DNA of 64,000 nucleotides, taken from assembly GCA_963662795.1 (NCBI GenBank), contig OY759746.1, positions 416,001-480,000 of the forward strand, read 5' to 3'. The notes beneath the pieces were generated by a model. That model saw nothing but the letters and a program-made list of their open reading frames with translations, did not search any database and was not told the origin of the DNA. Within the stretch, counting starts at the first letter, position 1. Each line of letters starts with the position of its first letter. The position numbers and the translations under genes were made by a program. The DNA is from Spirochaetia bacterium. GTDB lineage: Bacteria; Spirochaetota; Spirochaetia; CADAEX01. Shown one piece after another: positions 23,388 through 34,393 of the stretch.

Positions 23388-24353
23388 TTAAGGATAGAAA
23401 TATTCTGGAACAGGATATTTAGGTTGTTTACCTTCAAGCACAGCCAAAACATCATTAGAAAGCATTATACTCGAATTTTTCATGGCTTCTTCAGTATGAG
23501 CAGCAATATGAGGTGTACCAATAAAATTATCAAGGGCTAACAAAACATTATCTTTACAAATAGGTTCTTTTTCAAAAACATCCGAAGCAGCACCAGCAAT
23601 CCATTTTTCTGACAATGCTTGGAATAAATCAGCCTCTTTCACTAGAGATCCTCTTCCAACATTAATTAAATAAGCATTACTTTTCATTTTTTTTAATAAA
23701 TCAGAATTTATAATACCTATGGTATTTGCTGTTAATGGAAGATTAATCGAAATAAAATCTGACATCGAAAATAACGTTTCTGCTGATACCTGAATGGCAT
23801 TAAATTCTTTCTCAAATTCAGGTTGTTTTAGAATATCATAATACTGAATATTCATGTTAAATCCATATTTACAAATTCTTGCAACATGTTTTCCAATTCT
23901 TCCCAGTCCCATAATTCCTATATTTTTTCCATACAATTCAACTCCCAAAAAATCGAATGGATCTTTTTTCCATTTCCCATTTCTAATAAGTAAATCACCT
24001 GAATGCATTTTCTTAGCCAGCATAAGACTTAAAGTTATAAAATGTTCAGCTACACTTATACTGTTTGAATCCGGGGTGTAGGTAACTTGTATATTATGTT
24101 CTTTGGCCGCAGTAAGATCAATCATATCAATACCAACTCCATGTTTGGTAATTACTTTTAATCCACTGGAGTTTTCTATTGTCTCACGATTAACCTTCCC
24201 ATTTCTTACAATAACTATAGCATTAGCATCTTTAGTTTTTTTTGTAAAATCTTCAGGTGAATCAGCATAAACAATGTTACACTTTTGTTTTAATAAATCA
24301 ATCCCGGATGATTCTATAGGATCAGACAATAAAACATTATATTTCATATTCAT
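23388..24353 (-). CDS. D-isomer-specific 2-hydroxyacid dehydrogenase (SerA-like)
   Basis: HGVGIDMID, GIMGLGRIG, INVGRG, DVFEKEP, TPHIAA. Confidence 0.93.
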   Translation of the reverse strand: MNMKYNVLLSDPIESSGIDLLKQKCNIVYADSPEDFTKKTKDANAIVIVRNGKVNRETIENSSGLKVITKHGVGIDMIDLTAAKEHNIQVTYTPDSNSISVAEHFITLSLMLAKKMHSGDLLIRNGKWKKDPFDFLGVELYGKNIGIMGLGRIGKHVARICKYGFNMNIQYYDILKQPEFEKEFNAIQVSAETLFSMSDFISINLPLTANTIGIINSDLLKKMKSNAYLINVGRGSLVKEADLFQALSEKWIAGAASDVFEKEPICKDNVLLALDNFIGTPHIAAHTEEAMKNSSIMLSNDVLAVLEGKQPKYPVPEYFYP

Positions 24354-24356
24354 TTT

Positions 24357-24734
24357 TTAGTCCTTTGACACAACAGCAATAAAATCATTCTTAAGCGGGG
24401 GTTGAGTATAAAATTCAATAAATCTTACTTCATTATTACTTTTATTATAAATTAAATGTCGTTCTTTTGCGGGAATAAATATAATATCACCAGCTTTAAC
24501 ACTATATTCTTTCCCTTCAACAATTTCGATTGCCTCGCCACTTAAAATAATTAAAACAGACTCTCTGTCTTTATGATAATGGTAAGGAACCCCAGAACCC
24601 GCACTCAGTAAACCAAACATTCCACCAAGTGATTTAGCACAATCTTCCTCAGTAAGAACCTCGGGCCTATAAGTGGGTTTCTCTGAATCTGGATTTTTTA
24701 TATTTATAAGTTCTTCAAACCTATATATCTTCAT
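24357..24734 (-). CDS. Cupin-domain protein
   Basis: PYHYHKDRES..ILSG, GDIIFIPAKERH. Confidence 0.88.
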   Translation of the reverse strand: MKIYRFEELINIKNPDSEKPTYRPEVLTEEDCAKSLGGMFGLLSAGSGVPYHYHKDRESVLIILSGEAIEIVEGKEYSVKAGDIIFIPAKERHLIYNKSNNEVRFIEFYTQPPLKNDFIAVVSKD

Positions 24735-24744
24735 AAATAATTCC

Positions 24745-25515
24745 CTATATATCTTCTGAATTAATAATCTTAATAGCTTCTTTTAATTTACGTCGAAGGA
24801 AAGGAACTATGTGTATTGATAATATTTTTGCTCCTTTTTTTATCCAATAAATTCCTTCAATTTCATCTGTTGCAAGCATTAAGGGTATTCCAGCTGCAAT
24901 AGTTACATCTGCTACTTTTTCGATTGCTTTTTGAACTTCAGCATCTTTTGTATTCCCTTTACATCCCATAGACATTGATAAATCATTTCTTCCGATAAAA
25001 ACGGCCTCCACTCCTTCAACTTTTACGATAGAATTAATATTTTCTACTCCTTCGTAATCTTCAATTTGAATGATAACCATTGTTTCATCATTTGATTTAT
25101 CTACATATTCGATAGAATTCATTCCAACATATCCAGGAGCCCTAGCCGTCATAGCCATCCCCCTGATTCCAACAGGGGGATACTTAACATACGATACAAT
25201 ATTTTTAGCATCTTCTTGTGTTTTTACATGTGGACATATAATTCCCATAACACCAGTATCCATAGTTCGAAGTATTATTTCTGGTCTCGATACAGGAATT
25301 CTGGCTAGAGGAGTTATCCCTGTCACTTCACAGGCACGAACAAGATCTTCAATTTGTCCGAGTTCTAAACTGCCATGCTCAGAATCAAAACATATAGCAT
25401 CAACATTACAATAACCTATAAGTTCTGTAAGACCTGTTGAATAAAAAGGCTGCATAATACTAACGCAAAGCTGTCCACTTGAAAGTTTTTCTTTAAATAA
25501 ATTTTTTTTAAGCAT
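24745..25515 (-). CDS. HpcH/HpaI class II pyruvate aldolase
   Basis: FDSEHG, YPPVGIRG, IQIED, FIGRNDLSMSMG. Confidence 0.92.
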   Translation of the reverse strand: MLKKNLFKEKLSSGQLCVSIMQPFYSTGLTELIGYCNVDAICFDSEHGSLELGQIEDLVRACEVTGITPLARIPVSRPEIILRTMDTGVMGIICPHVKTQEDAKNIVSYVKYPPVGIRGMAMTARAPGYVGMNSIEYVDKSNDETMVIIQIEDYEGVENINSIVKVEGVEAVFIGRNDLSMSMGCKGNTKDAEVQKAIEKVADVTIAAGIPLMLATDEIEGIYWIKKGAKILSIHIVPFLRRKLKEAIKIINSEDI

Positions 25516-25561
25516 AAATACCCCTAAGCAATATAATTTTTATTGAATAACTTTAAAACAA

Positions 25562-26650
25562 TTAACACAGTATGATTTGACAGGGATTAACTGCATTATA
25601 TTTTTCTTTATTCCCTGTTATTTCAAAGGCCTCCTTTAATTTTTCTATTCCATAAAGTTCATGTGTAATAAAATGTTTTATATCAATTCTATTGTTTTCA
25701 ACCCATTCAGCACCTATCCTCATAGTTTCTTTACCATGACCTTTAGTAAAAATCCATTTTATTCCTTTAACACGCAATATATCCGGATCTGTATTCACTA
25801 CACCAATTAAAGCTGCAATCTGAACAACACTTCCACCGTAACTTACCATTTTAAAAGCCTGATGAAGTGTTGTGTGACCAGCAAGGCCTTGATCAGGATG
25901 TCCTCCTGCACATTCAAAAACAATGTCCACTCCTTTTCCATGAGTCAATTCCATAATTCTTTCAACAGGGTCTACTTCTTTTGCATTGATACAGGCATCT
26001 GCCATATATTTTTTACTAAATGATAAAGCTTGATCTCTAACATCTATTACATAAACAGCACCAGCACCTGAGATTCTTGCTGCCTGCAACATATAAAGCC
26101 CCATTACTCCTTGTCCTGTAATTACAACACTTTGTCCCGGTTTTATTTCAGCATCCCTTATTCCAGCTACCGTTGTTGATAATGGTTGTAAACATACAAT
26201 TGAAGCATCATCCATATTTAAAGGAGGTTTATAGAGTGAATTTTCAGGTAATGAAACAAACTCTGCAAATGCTCCAGGAATCGTAATTCCAACATGCAAT
26301 TTTTTTGTACACCATGAATCATAACCAGAAAAACAATTATAACATGAATCACAAGAAGCATGCCCCGTGGTACATACTATATCCCCAATCTTATATTTTT
26401 TTACTCCTTCGCCAACATCAACAACTTCTGCGCTCATTTCATGTCCAAGTAATTGTACTGGAGCCTGTTTTTCAATTATCTTTTTCATTTCATCTATACC
26501 CATTGTTGCTATACCAATTGCACGTTGGGCATCTGTTATACTTGGTTGAACTCTTCTCACTTTACATAATACCCAACCAGGTTTTACTTCTGGGATTGGT
26601 ATTTCATCAAGACGCATATCTCCAAATCCATAAAAACGCCATGCTTTCAT
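25562..26650 (-). CDS. Zinc-type alcohol/polyol dehydrogenase (MDR family)
   Basis: LGHEMS, CDSCYNC...C structural zinc site, GQGVMG. Confidence 0.9.
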   Translation of the reverse strand: MKAWRFYGFGDMRLDEIPIPEVKPGWVLCKVRRVQPSITDAQRAIGIATMGIDEMKKIIEKQAPVQLLGHEMSAEVVDVGEGVKKYKIGDIVCTTGHASCDSCYNCFSGYDSWCTKKLHVGITIPGAFAEFVSLPENSLYKPPLNMDDASIVCLQPLSTTVAGIRDAEIKPGQSVVITGQGVMGLYMLQAARISGAGAVYVIDVRDQALSFSKKYMADACINAKEVDPVERIMELTHGKGVDIVFECAGGHPDQGLAGHTTLHQAFKMVSYGGSVVQIAALIGVVNTDPDILRVKGIKWIFTKGHGKETMRIGAEWVENNRIDIKHFITHELYGIEKLKEAFEITGNKEKYNAVNPCQIILC

Positions 26651-26713
26651 TTTATTACCTTCTATTATTTTAAAAAATTAATTCATACAAAATAATTAAA
26701 GAGCGGATATTTT

Positions 26714-27718
26714 TTATTGCTTATTCACTTCTACAATTGATCTTGTTTTAGCAGATTTTACTATTGCTTCAATTACTGCTACAGCATTTAAACCTACCTC
26801 ACCAGTAACTTCTGGAATTTCTCCAGTTTGAATGCATCTTCCGAATTCTTCCATTTCTTCCTGTAATGAAGAAATTCTCTGAGCATCTGCATCAGGTAAG
26901 GAAAATCTATTTAAGACCTCTTCACCTTTTTTCTGGAATGAAACAGATCCTCCCTCTTCATCAATATAAAGAACTCCTTTTGTTCCATGAATTTGAAAAG
27001 TATTTCTATCTGGGGTTATAAAACTTCCCCCGACATATCCTAGAGCACCATTCTCGAACTCGACAACAGCAACGGCAACATCATCTGTTTCTGCAGGACC
27101 ACAAATTTTATTAATAAATGAACTAACCTTTTTTACTGATCCAATTAAATTATTCATATTATCAGTACAGTGCACAGTAAAACTGGTAAGAGGTCCTCCA
27201 GGACTTTCACTACGGTAATATCTCCATATTTCTGGAGTAAGACGCATTCCAAGATCCCCTGTCGAAGAAGCTTCTACAAGGATTATTCTTCCTACAGATC
27301 CATTTTTAATTAACTCTTCAGCTTTTCTGTAACGCGCCATTCTCCGAGAATTATGACCCACCATTAACACCACACCATTAGTGTTAGCTGCTTCAATCAT
27401 TTTTTTACAATCAAGAGTATCCAATGCCATTGGTTTTTCCACATATATATGTTTCCCACTATTTGCAGCTGAAATTGCTTGCGTTGCATGCATTGTATTT
27501 GGGGTAGTAATAATTACAGCGTCAATATTTTTATCATTTAATATATCGTTATAATTATTTGTTGATGAACATCGGTACTTATTAACAAAAGAAGTTCTTT
27601 TCTCCTCAGATCCTGAACAGCAAGAGACAATATCAATTCTTTCACTTTTTTGAGTTGCATCTGCTAACATATTAGCCCACCAACCCAAACCGATAAAAGC
27701 TACTCTGACCTTATTCAT
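26714..27718 (-). CDS. Gfo/Idh/MocA oxidoreductase
   Basis: IGLGWW, TPNTMH, GKHIYVEKPMA, VGHNSR. Confidence 0.92.
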   Translation of the reverse strand: MNKVRVAFIGLGWWANMLADATQKSERIDIVSCCSGSEEKRTSFVNKYRCSSTNNYNDILNDKNIDAVIITTPNTMHATQAISAANSGKHIYVEKPMALDTLDCKKMIEAANTNGVVLMVGHNSRRMARYRKAEELIKNGSVGRIILVEASSTGDLGMRLTPEIWRYYRSESPGGPLTSFTVHCTDNMNNLIGSVKKVSSFINKICGPAETDDVAVAVVEFENGALGYVGGSFITPDRNTFQIHGTKGVLYIDEEGGSVSFQKKGEEVLNRFSLPDADAQRISSLQEEMEEFGRCIQTGEIPEVTGEVGLNAVAVIEAIVKSAKTRSIVEVNKQ

Positions 27719-27733
27719 TATGCTTTTCCTTTA

Positions 27734-29239
27734 TTAATGGATTTTTTTAATTTTCTTAATAACAAAACTAAAATAGGGACTAACAATTACAAAAATTGTC
27801 ATTATCAAAAAAAAACATGAAAGAGGCCTATTGAAAAAATCCCAAACATTGCCATATGATAAAATTAATGCCTGCCTGAAATTAATCTCAATAAGTTTCC
27901 CCAAGATAAATCCCAATATTAGTGGAGGAACAGGAATTCTAATCTTATTCATTAAATATCCACCAATTCCAGAAAATATTAATATCCAGATATCGAAAAT
28001 AGAATTCCGAACACTATATGTACCAACAATTGCCAAACATAAAATCATGCTCACTAGAAATGCTCTTGGCAATGTAATAACTTTAGCAAAATATTTTGCA
28101 CCAAAAAGACCAAAACATAGAAAAATAAAATTACTTAAAAACATTAAAATAAAAATTGCTGAAACTAAATCCATATGATTCTTAAAAAGCATTGGTCCAG
28201 GTGATAATCCATGAAGCATTAATGCTCCGATCAAAATAGCAGTTACAACGTCACCAGGTATACCTAATGTCATCATTGGAATCATGGCACCTCCAGTAGC
28301 CGCATTATTTGCACTTTCCGGACCTACTATGCCTCTCGGTTCACCCTTACCAAAATTTTCAGGATTTTTTGCCAGACGTTTTTCAACTCCATAACTTATT
28401 ATGGAAGCAATAGTACCTCCTGTTGCTGGAACGGCACCAATGAAAACACCAATTATTGATCCTCTTATTACTGTCCCAAACATTTTCTTTATCATATTAA
28501 AACTAGGAAGAGTTCTATTGATTTTTGACAATATATTAACTTTTTCTTTTCTACCTTCGATCATTTTTAATACTTCTGCGATACCAAAAACACCTACCAT
28601 GATAGGAATCATTTCAAGGCCACCAAGTAATTCAATATTCCCATAGGAAAATCTTGAATATCCTTCTACAGGATCCATCCCTATTGTCGACAATAAGAGA
28701 CCAAGAAAACCACTAATAAATCCTTTCAGCATTGATCCTGTACTGATATATGCAATTACGCTGATTCCAAAAATGCATACCGCAAAATATTCATGGGCAC
28801 TAAACTGCAGAGCAAATTTAGCGATTAAAGGTGCAAAAAATGCCAAAAAGAATACACTAATAATACCACCGATAAATGAGGATGTAGTTGCTAAACCTAT
28901 TGCTCTTTCCGCCTCTCCATTTACTGCCATAGGATGTCCATCTATGCGTGTCATAACAGCAGCTGGAGTTCCTGGAATATTAATTAATATTGCACTAATT
29001 GAACCACCATATATAGAACCACAATAAACACCTAACAATAAAGCAAAAGCCATGTAAGTATCCATTGCAAATGTTAACGGAGTAAAAATTGCAACACCAA
29101 TTGTTGCTGACAAACCTGGAATAACACCAAAAACCATTCCTATTGCTGTTCCAGCAATAAGAACAAGCAATATATCTGGTTGTAATATATTTAGTAGTCC
29201 AGCTGAATATAAACTTAAAACATTTACACTTTCAAACAA
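27734..29239 (-). CDS. tctA: Tripartite tricarboxylate transporter large TM subunit
   Basis: GVIPGLSAT, YGGSISAILINIPGTPAA, ESANNA, TLGIPGD; TTG start after GGAG. Confidence 0.93.
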   Translation of the reverse strand: MFESVNVLSLYSAGLLNILQPDILLVLIAGTAIGMVFGVIPGLSATIGVAIFTPLTFAMDTYMAFALLLGVYCGSIYGGSISAILINIPGTPAAVMTRIDGHPMAVNGEAERAIGLATTSSFIGGIISVFFLAFFAPLIAKFALQFSAHEYFAVCIFGISVIAYISTGSMLKGFISGFLGLLLSTIGMDPVEGYSRFSYGNIELLGGLEMIPIMVGVFGIAEVLKMIEGRKEKVNILSKINRTLPSFNMIKKMFGTVIRGSIIGVFIGAVPATGGTIASIISYGVEKRLAKNPENFGKGEPRGIVGPESANNAATGGAMIPMMTLGIPGDVVTAILIGALMLHGLSPGPMLFKNHMDLVSAIFILMFLSNFIFLCFGLFGAKYFAKVITLPRAFLVSMILCLAIVGTYSVRNSIFDIWILIFSGIGGYLMNKIRIPVPPLILGFILGKLIEINFRQALILSYGNVWDFFNRPLSCFFLIMTIFVIVSPYFSFVIKKIKKIH

Positions 29240-29252
29240 ATTACTTCTCCTT

Positions 29253-29702
29253 TTATAATTTCCATTGAGGTAAAGGAACATTTAATCCAATAGCAAAAAT
29301 TAAATAAATAACAACTGTCATTGAAAATGCAATTATAAATGATATCTTATTTTTAGCAGCCATTATCTTCATTACTATGAATATTATTAAAGGAGTTGTA
29401 ATTAAAAAACCTATTCTCTTAAGTAGTATTAGATATATTAAAATGATTACTACTAAAAACAATGGCATCTCAATCTGCTTAAAAGTAATTTTTTCCTTTT
29501 CAATATCAGTATTTTTTCTAATTTTAAAAATACCAATAACAATAAGTAACAAAGACAAAACAGCAAGTACAGCAGAGTAGAGACCAGGCATAAGACGTGG
29601 CCCCATACCTGCTGTTATTCCCGCTGATGGAAAATCTTTAATTAAAAAAAAAGTTAAAAATGAAAGACTCATGAAAAAAATTCCAGATAATAGATCTAAC
29701 AT
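29253..29702 (-). CDS. tctB: TTT small TM subunit
   Basis: 4 TM, GP..MP, IGFLIT, F...LNVPLP. Confidence 0.88.
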   Translation of the reverse strand: MLDLLSGIFFMSLSFLTFFLIKDFPSAGITAGMGPRLMPGLYSAVLAVLSLLLIVIGIFKIRKNTDIEKEKITFKQIEMPLFLVVIILIYLILLKRIGFLITTPLIIFIVMKIMAAKNKISFIIAFSMTVVIYLIFAIGLNVPLPQWKL

Positions 29703-29707
29703 TTTTA

Positions 29708-30670
29708 TTATTTCTCCATAGTTGATGCTAATATTGGCATCATTCTTTCTCCGTATGAATTATATTTTTTTGTAAATTCTTCTCTTCCAAGAAAATCATT
29801 GGTAATTTTGTTTTTTTCCAAAAAGGCAATATATCTTGGATCTTTAGAGACTTCTGTAAAAGCCTTTTCCAATATTTCAATTCTTTCTATTGGCGTTCCA
29901 ACTGGAGCAATAATACCTCGGAAATTTCCAAGAGAAATATCTTTTCCTATTGATTCTTTTATTGTGGATATATCTGAAAAATATGAATCTCTTTTAGGTG
30001 CACCAAGTGCCAATATTCTCAACTTCCCAGTATCAAGTACATTTGTCATATCACCGATTGATACTGAAGTAGCATCTATATGATTACCAAGCAATGCTGT
30101 TACCGCATTCCCACCTCCCTGAAAAGGAACCGGAAGTAATTCTACATTAGCCTCTTTATTAAATGCCAATGCAGCAACATGCCATGTTCCACCAGTTCCT
30201 GAATTACCCGTTCGAACCTCTTTTGGATGTGCCTTGACATATGCATAAAATTCTGGAAAAGTTTTCCATTGAGAATCTGAATTAACAGTTATTGCAAAAT
30301 AATCTTCAGTAAGACTCACGATTGGTTCAAATTTTTTATAATCTACAGCACCTTTTGTTGTATGTGTTACGCCAAATATTGATGCAGATTCAACACCAAT
30401 GGTATAACCATCTGGATTCGCTTCCTGCAATTCCTTCATTCCTACAGATGTTCCCCCTCCAGGCTTGTTTTCTGCAATTATTGGTACTCCAAGTTTCTCT
30501 GATAAAATTGGTTTTAACATCTCAATCATAACAGGTCCCAACCCACCTGGTGCCCATGGAACAATAATTCTAATCGCTTTACTTGGATATTGTTCTTCTG
30601 TTGTTCCATTTGCACTTAGTGAAAAAACAACAAGAAAAGAAATCAAAACACATAAAATTATCTTTCTCAT
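29708..30670 (-). CDS. tctC: TTT substrate-binding protein
   Basis: YPSKAIRIIVPWAPGG, ENKPGGG, PDGYT, VPFQGG..A.TALLG; spirochaete-type signal peptide (SANG..E). Confidence 0.92.
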   Translation of the reverse strand: MRKIILCVLISFLVVFSLSANGTTEEQYPSKAIRIIVPWAPGGLGPVMIEMLKPILSEKLGVPIIAENKPGGGTSVGMKELQEANPDGYTIGVESASIFGVTHTTKGAVDYKKFEPIVSLTEDYFAITVNSDSQWKTFPEFYAYVKAHPKEVRTGNSGTGGTWHVAALAFNKEANVELLPVPFQGGGNAVTALLGNHIDATSVSIGDMTNVLDTGKLRILALGAPKRDSYFSDISTIKESIGKDISLGNFRGIIAPVGTPIERIEILEKAFTEVSKDPRYIAFLEKNKITNDFLGREEFTKKYNSYGERMMPILASTMEK

Positions 30671-30718
30671 AACAGTTTTCTCCTTGATCTAATAAAGATC
30701 TCTAAATTAGTGATAGTA

Positions 30719-30767
30719 ATGTTATAACATCTATAACAACTATATCATCACATTTTATCACTGTCAA
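30719..30767 (-). promoter_or_regulatory. tct operon promoter plus operator
   Basis: TTGACA-17-TATAGT with extended -10 TG; ATGTTATAACAT palindrome immediately downstream. Confidence 0.75.
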
Positions 30768-31481
30768 CAAATTATTTTATCAAAAGACAATAGAATTTTT
30801 ATTTATTTGTGTTGGGTAATGTGAATTATTTTTTAGTGTTATTATAAAATAAATTAGTATAAGTGTTATATTCAATAACCCCGATAGTCCTTACCCTTAT
30901 TAGTGCAAAATTTAGGCGAGAAATCATACCTGTTATACCCACTTTAGACCTCAAGGTCTTCATATCTTCAGGTAGATCTCTCGCCCAGGAACTCTCTCTA
31001 CAAATAGTGACAAGGATCAAGAGTCCTTAATTCCGTCATAAACCCCTTAAATATAATCTGTCAAGTCAGGGTCCATTATTCCTTTTCACCCGTTTCTCCA
31101 GAACATTCTTCCGAACAATTATTTTCCTGATCTCCACAATGTGCCCCTGGTGTTTTGTTATGGAGATCTGGATCTCCCCATATTCAAGCGCGGGCTCATC
31201 AATTTCAGACACATTCCCTCCCAGTTGTATTTAAAAAAATTAATATCTTAATAAAATCTGTAACTTCATGTAGATACACTTGTTATTGTTATATACTTTT
31301 TCAATAGCCTTCGGGCTATGCAGTTTCTCCTATTTTCTGTTTTTTGCTACTGCGACCGGCCTCATAAGCCGGTCGCCTCTTTACTGCCTCAGGCGCTCAT
31401 ACTTCCTGATAAAGCTTATCGCATCATTCTCACTTGTGAACGTGAACTCAACAACGTACTGGTAATCATCTGTGCCGGCAA

Positions 31482-32718
31482 TGTATAATGGACCCGTGCT
31501 TTAGGCCAGCGACTTAAGTTTGGTGTATCCTATAAATACGGAGATTTTTGTGTCAAAGAAAAGAAGGGAATTTAGCAACGGATTAAAATTCACAATCGTA
31601 TTAGAAGCGATTAAAGGTCAGCGACAAATATCAGAAATTGCTGCTGAATATAATGTGCATCCAAATCAAATAACGACTTGGAAAAAACAGTTTATAGCTA
31701 ATGGAGCTGGTGTCTTTGGAGTAAAATCTGATGATAATACACAAGAGCTTGAAAACACTCAGGAAGACTTATTCAAGAAAATTGGTCAGCAGCAATATGA
31801 AATTGACTGGTTGAAAAAACTTGAACCGATTGGAATCATGGAGAAAAGAAAAATGATTGCGCCTGAACCAAAAATTAGCTTGTCGCGTCAGTGTGAATTG
31901 ATAAAACTTTCTCGAAGTTCACTGTATTATAATCCCAGATCTGCATCCGATAAAAATTTGGGCATTATGAAACGGCTTGATGAAATATATACAGACAATC
32001 TGGATTTTGGAAGCCGGCAGCTTCGTAATGTCCTCAGACGGGAAGGACATAAGATCAACCGCAAGCGAGTCCAAAGACTTATGCGTATTATGGGTATACA
32101 GACGCTTTATCCCGGCAAAAACTTATCTAAACCAGGAATCGGTTCAGAACATAAAATATATCCCTACCTTTTACGAAAGCTGAAGATTTCCAGACCAAAC
32201 CAGGTATGGTCAACCGGCATTACATATATTCGCTTAGAATACGGTTTTGTATATTTAGCAGCGATTATAGATTGGTATAGTAAAAAAATACTGAACGGGG
32301 AACTTTCAACTACTATGGATCAAGAGTTCTGTTTATCAATATATCGACGTGCTGTAAATCTCTGGGGCGTTCCCGAGATTCTTAATTCTGATCAAGGTAG
32401 CCAGTTTACTTCAAAGGATTATAGAAAAATGGTTAAAGAATCAGGAGCTAAATTCAGCATGGAGGGTAAGGGACGGCCCCTTGATAATATTGCTATTGAA
32501 AGATTTTGGAGAACGCTAAAATATGGAGAAGTCTACTTGAAGGAGTATCAATCGGTAAATGAAGCAAGAACAGGAATAAATACTTATATTGAAAAATATA
32601 ACAGTTTCAGACCGCATACGGCTCAAGGAATTCAGACCCCGGATGAAGTCTATCGAATGGCGGCATAAATCAAATTAAAAAAGTTGATTTATTGTCTTGA
32701 CGATGGGTCCACTATACT
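31482..32718 (+). mobile_element. IS3-family element; single fused OrfAB (31520-32668)
   Basis: IRs TGTATAATGGACCC / GGGTCCACTATAC; HTH plus integrase core (NSDQGSQF, IERFWRTLKYG). Confidence 0.9.
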
Positions 32719-32801
32719 GGGCAACAACAGAAGAGGATGTTAAGAAATCAGTTAAATCAATTATTTTAGCAAGAGAGAATGTAAGAAAAAAACTTCTAAC
32801 A

Positions 32802-34393
32802 CATATAAGGCCCGGGATGTCAAGGAGAAGTTAAAAGACAAAAAATTAACGGCGGCTATCCAGGAAAAGGAGCCTGCAGCAAAGAGCACAGATAAAGTCC
32901 ATTTTGTTTAAAAAACGTTGTTTGAATCGTAATTCACCGGATAGTGCAATCTGGTAAACGCAGTTTGCACCAAACACATATCGACGGTCATGCAAAAACA
33001 TGTCGTAGAATCACATCGTTACCCGGATTCCGCCTGATGCAATTGAATGGATTCAAGATCCAGTTAGGTCCGCAGGTCAGACCGGGACAAACTACGAATA
33101 TAAACAAAACAAATCACATATAAAAAAGGACCGGAATATCAGTCTAATCAACACGCAGGGAATCGCGGTTTAATAAGCAGGATACGGGAAAACAGTCTTG
33201 CTGTAGTTGTAAGGTGTATCTTAATGTGAGCTTACCGCATGGTGTTCCAGTTAGGTGACAGGCTCTGATATTCCGTCCTGGAAAAACTTGTTAAAGCTGA
33301 ACGGTTGTGAACGTCTTAGCATGTAATAAACGACACGGCCAAGTTTTTGAGCAATTATGGATAATGCTTTTGACTTGCCATATTTGTTGACCATTTTCTG
33401 ATGAAGTTTTTTAGCAGGTTCATTTTCACGCAGGAATAATACTGCTGCTTCACTGAATGCCCACTTCAGATGAGAGTTGCCAATTTTGTTGTTTCCACCC
33501 TTCATGCGTTTACCTGCAGATTCATGGGAACATTTGACAAGGCGGCTGTATGAGATAAAGTTCCCAACATCAGGGAATCGGTTGATATTCTGAATTTCGT
33601 AAAGAATGACTAAAGAGAGTATTTCCCCGATACCAGGAATACTTTTCAAAAGATGCAGAGACACCGGATCATGATATTTTGCCTGTCGTTTGATTTCGGC
33701 TTCCAGGTCAAGTATCAGCCTATGGAAAGCATCAGCGAGAAACATGTCGGCTTGTATATTTTTTTGAGCTAAAGGATTACTGAACTGTTCTGGAAGGGTT
33801 TCCCGATATGAAGAGCTTCGAAGCCGTTTTTCAAGCGGGGTAAAATTGTACTGCGAATTGGTATTCTGGATGTGAACAAACAGTTCCGCCTGATGTCGGA
33901 CAAAGTATTCCCGTCTTCGCAGAAGATCTCGGGTTGCCCGCATTTCTTTTGGATAGACATACGCCTCAGGGAACATCCCGCCCCTGAGCATAGAGGCAAT
34001 TTTTTCTGAATCGATACGGTCATTTTTTGTTTTGCCGCCGTGAATTGCTTTCATGTATAAAGCATGTCCAAGAACGAATGGAATTGCCTGTTCCGTACAA
34101 AAATCAGCAATCCAATACCATGTGAATATGCATTCGACACCAATGACGATGTCTTTTCCGTAAGGGGAAATTGCATTGAGCAGCTGCTGAGGATTTGAAG
34201 GTACATTTTTATGCAGGAGAATCAATCCCTGATTGTCGATTACACAGATGTACATAGTTCTTGCATGCAGATCAATCCCAATGTAGAATTGATGCAGTTC
34301 TTTATAGAATCTCATAAAGGTTCCTCCATGGTTTGTATTTGATGGTCAGTGGTAGTTTACCACGTTTTCAATCGAGGACCTTTATGAGTATCA
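32802..34393 (-). mobile_element. IS110-family (IS1111-like organisation) element inserted in an attC site
   Basis: CA core duplicated at 32800-32801 and 34392-34393; TTGACATCCCGGGCCTTATATG end; about 450 bp non-coding region downstream of the transposase. Confidence 0.85.
33251..34315 (-). CDS. IS110 DEDD recombinase/transposase, intact
   Basis: YIGIDLH, GVEC, KNDRIDS, SIPGIG, HESAGK, GN.HLK. Confidence 0.95.
   Translation of the reverse strand: MRFYKELHQFYIGIDLHARTMYICVIDNQGLILLHKNVPSNPQQLLNAISPYGKDIVIGVECIFTWYWIADFCTEQAIPFVLGHALYMKAIHGGKTKNDRIDSEKIASMLRGGMFPEAYVYPKEMRATRDLLRRREYFVRHQAELFVHIQNTNSQYNFTPLEKRLRSSSYRETLPEQFSNPLAQKNIQADMFLADAFHRLILDLEAEIKRQAKYHDPVSLHLLKSIPGIGEILSLVILYEIQNINRFPDVGNFISYSRLVKCSHESAGKRMKGGNNKIGNSHLKWAFSEAAVLFLRENEPAKKLHQKMVNKYGKSKALSIIAQKLGRVVYYMLRRSQPFSFNKFFQDGISEPVT

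Noticed and set aside
30826-31481. Short ORFs and fragments between tctC and IS3
   Set aside because: Probably debris of mobile genes, but no motif could be assigned with confidence.
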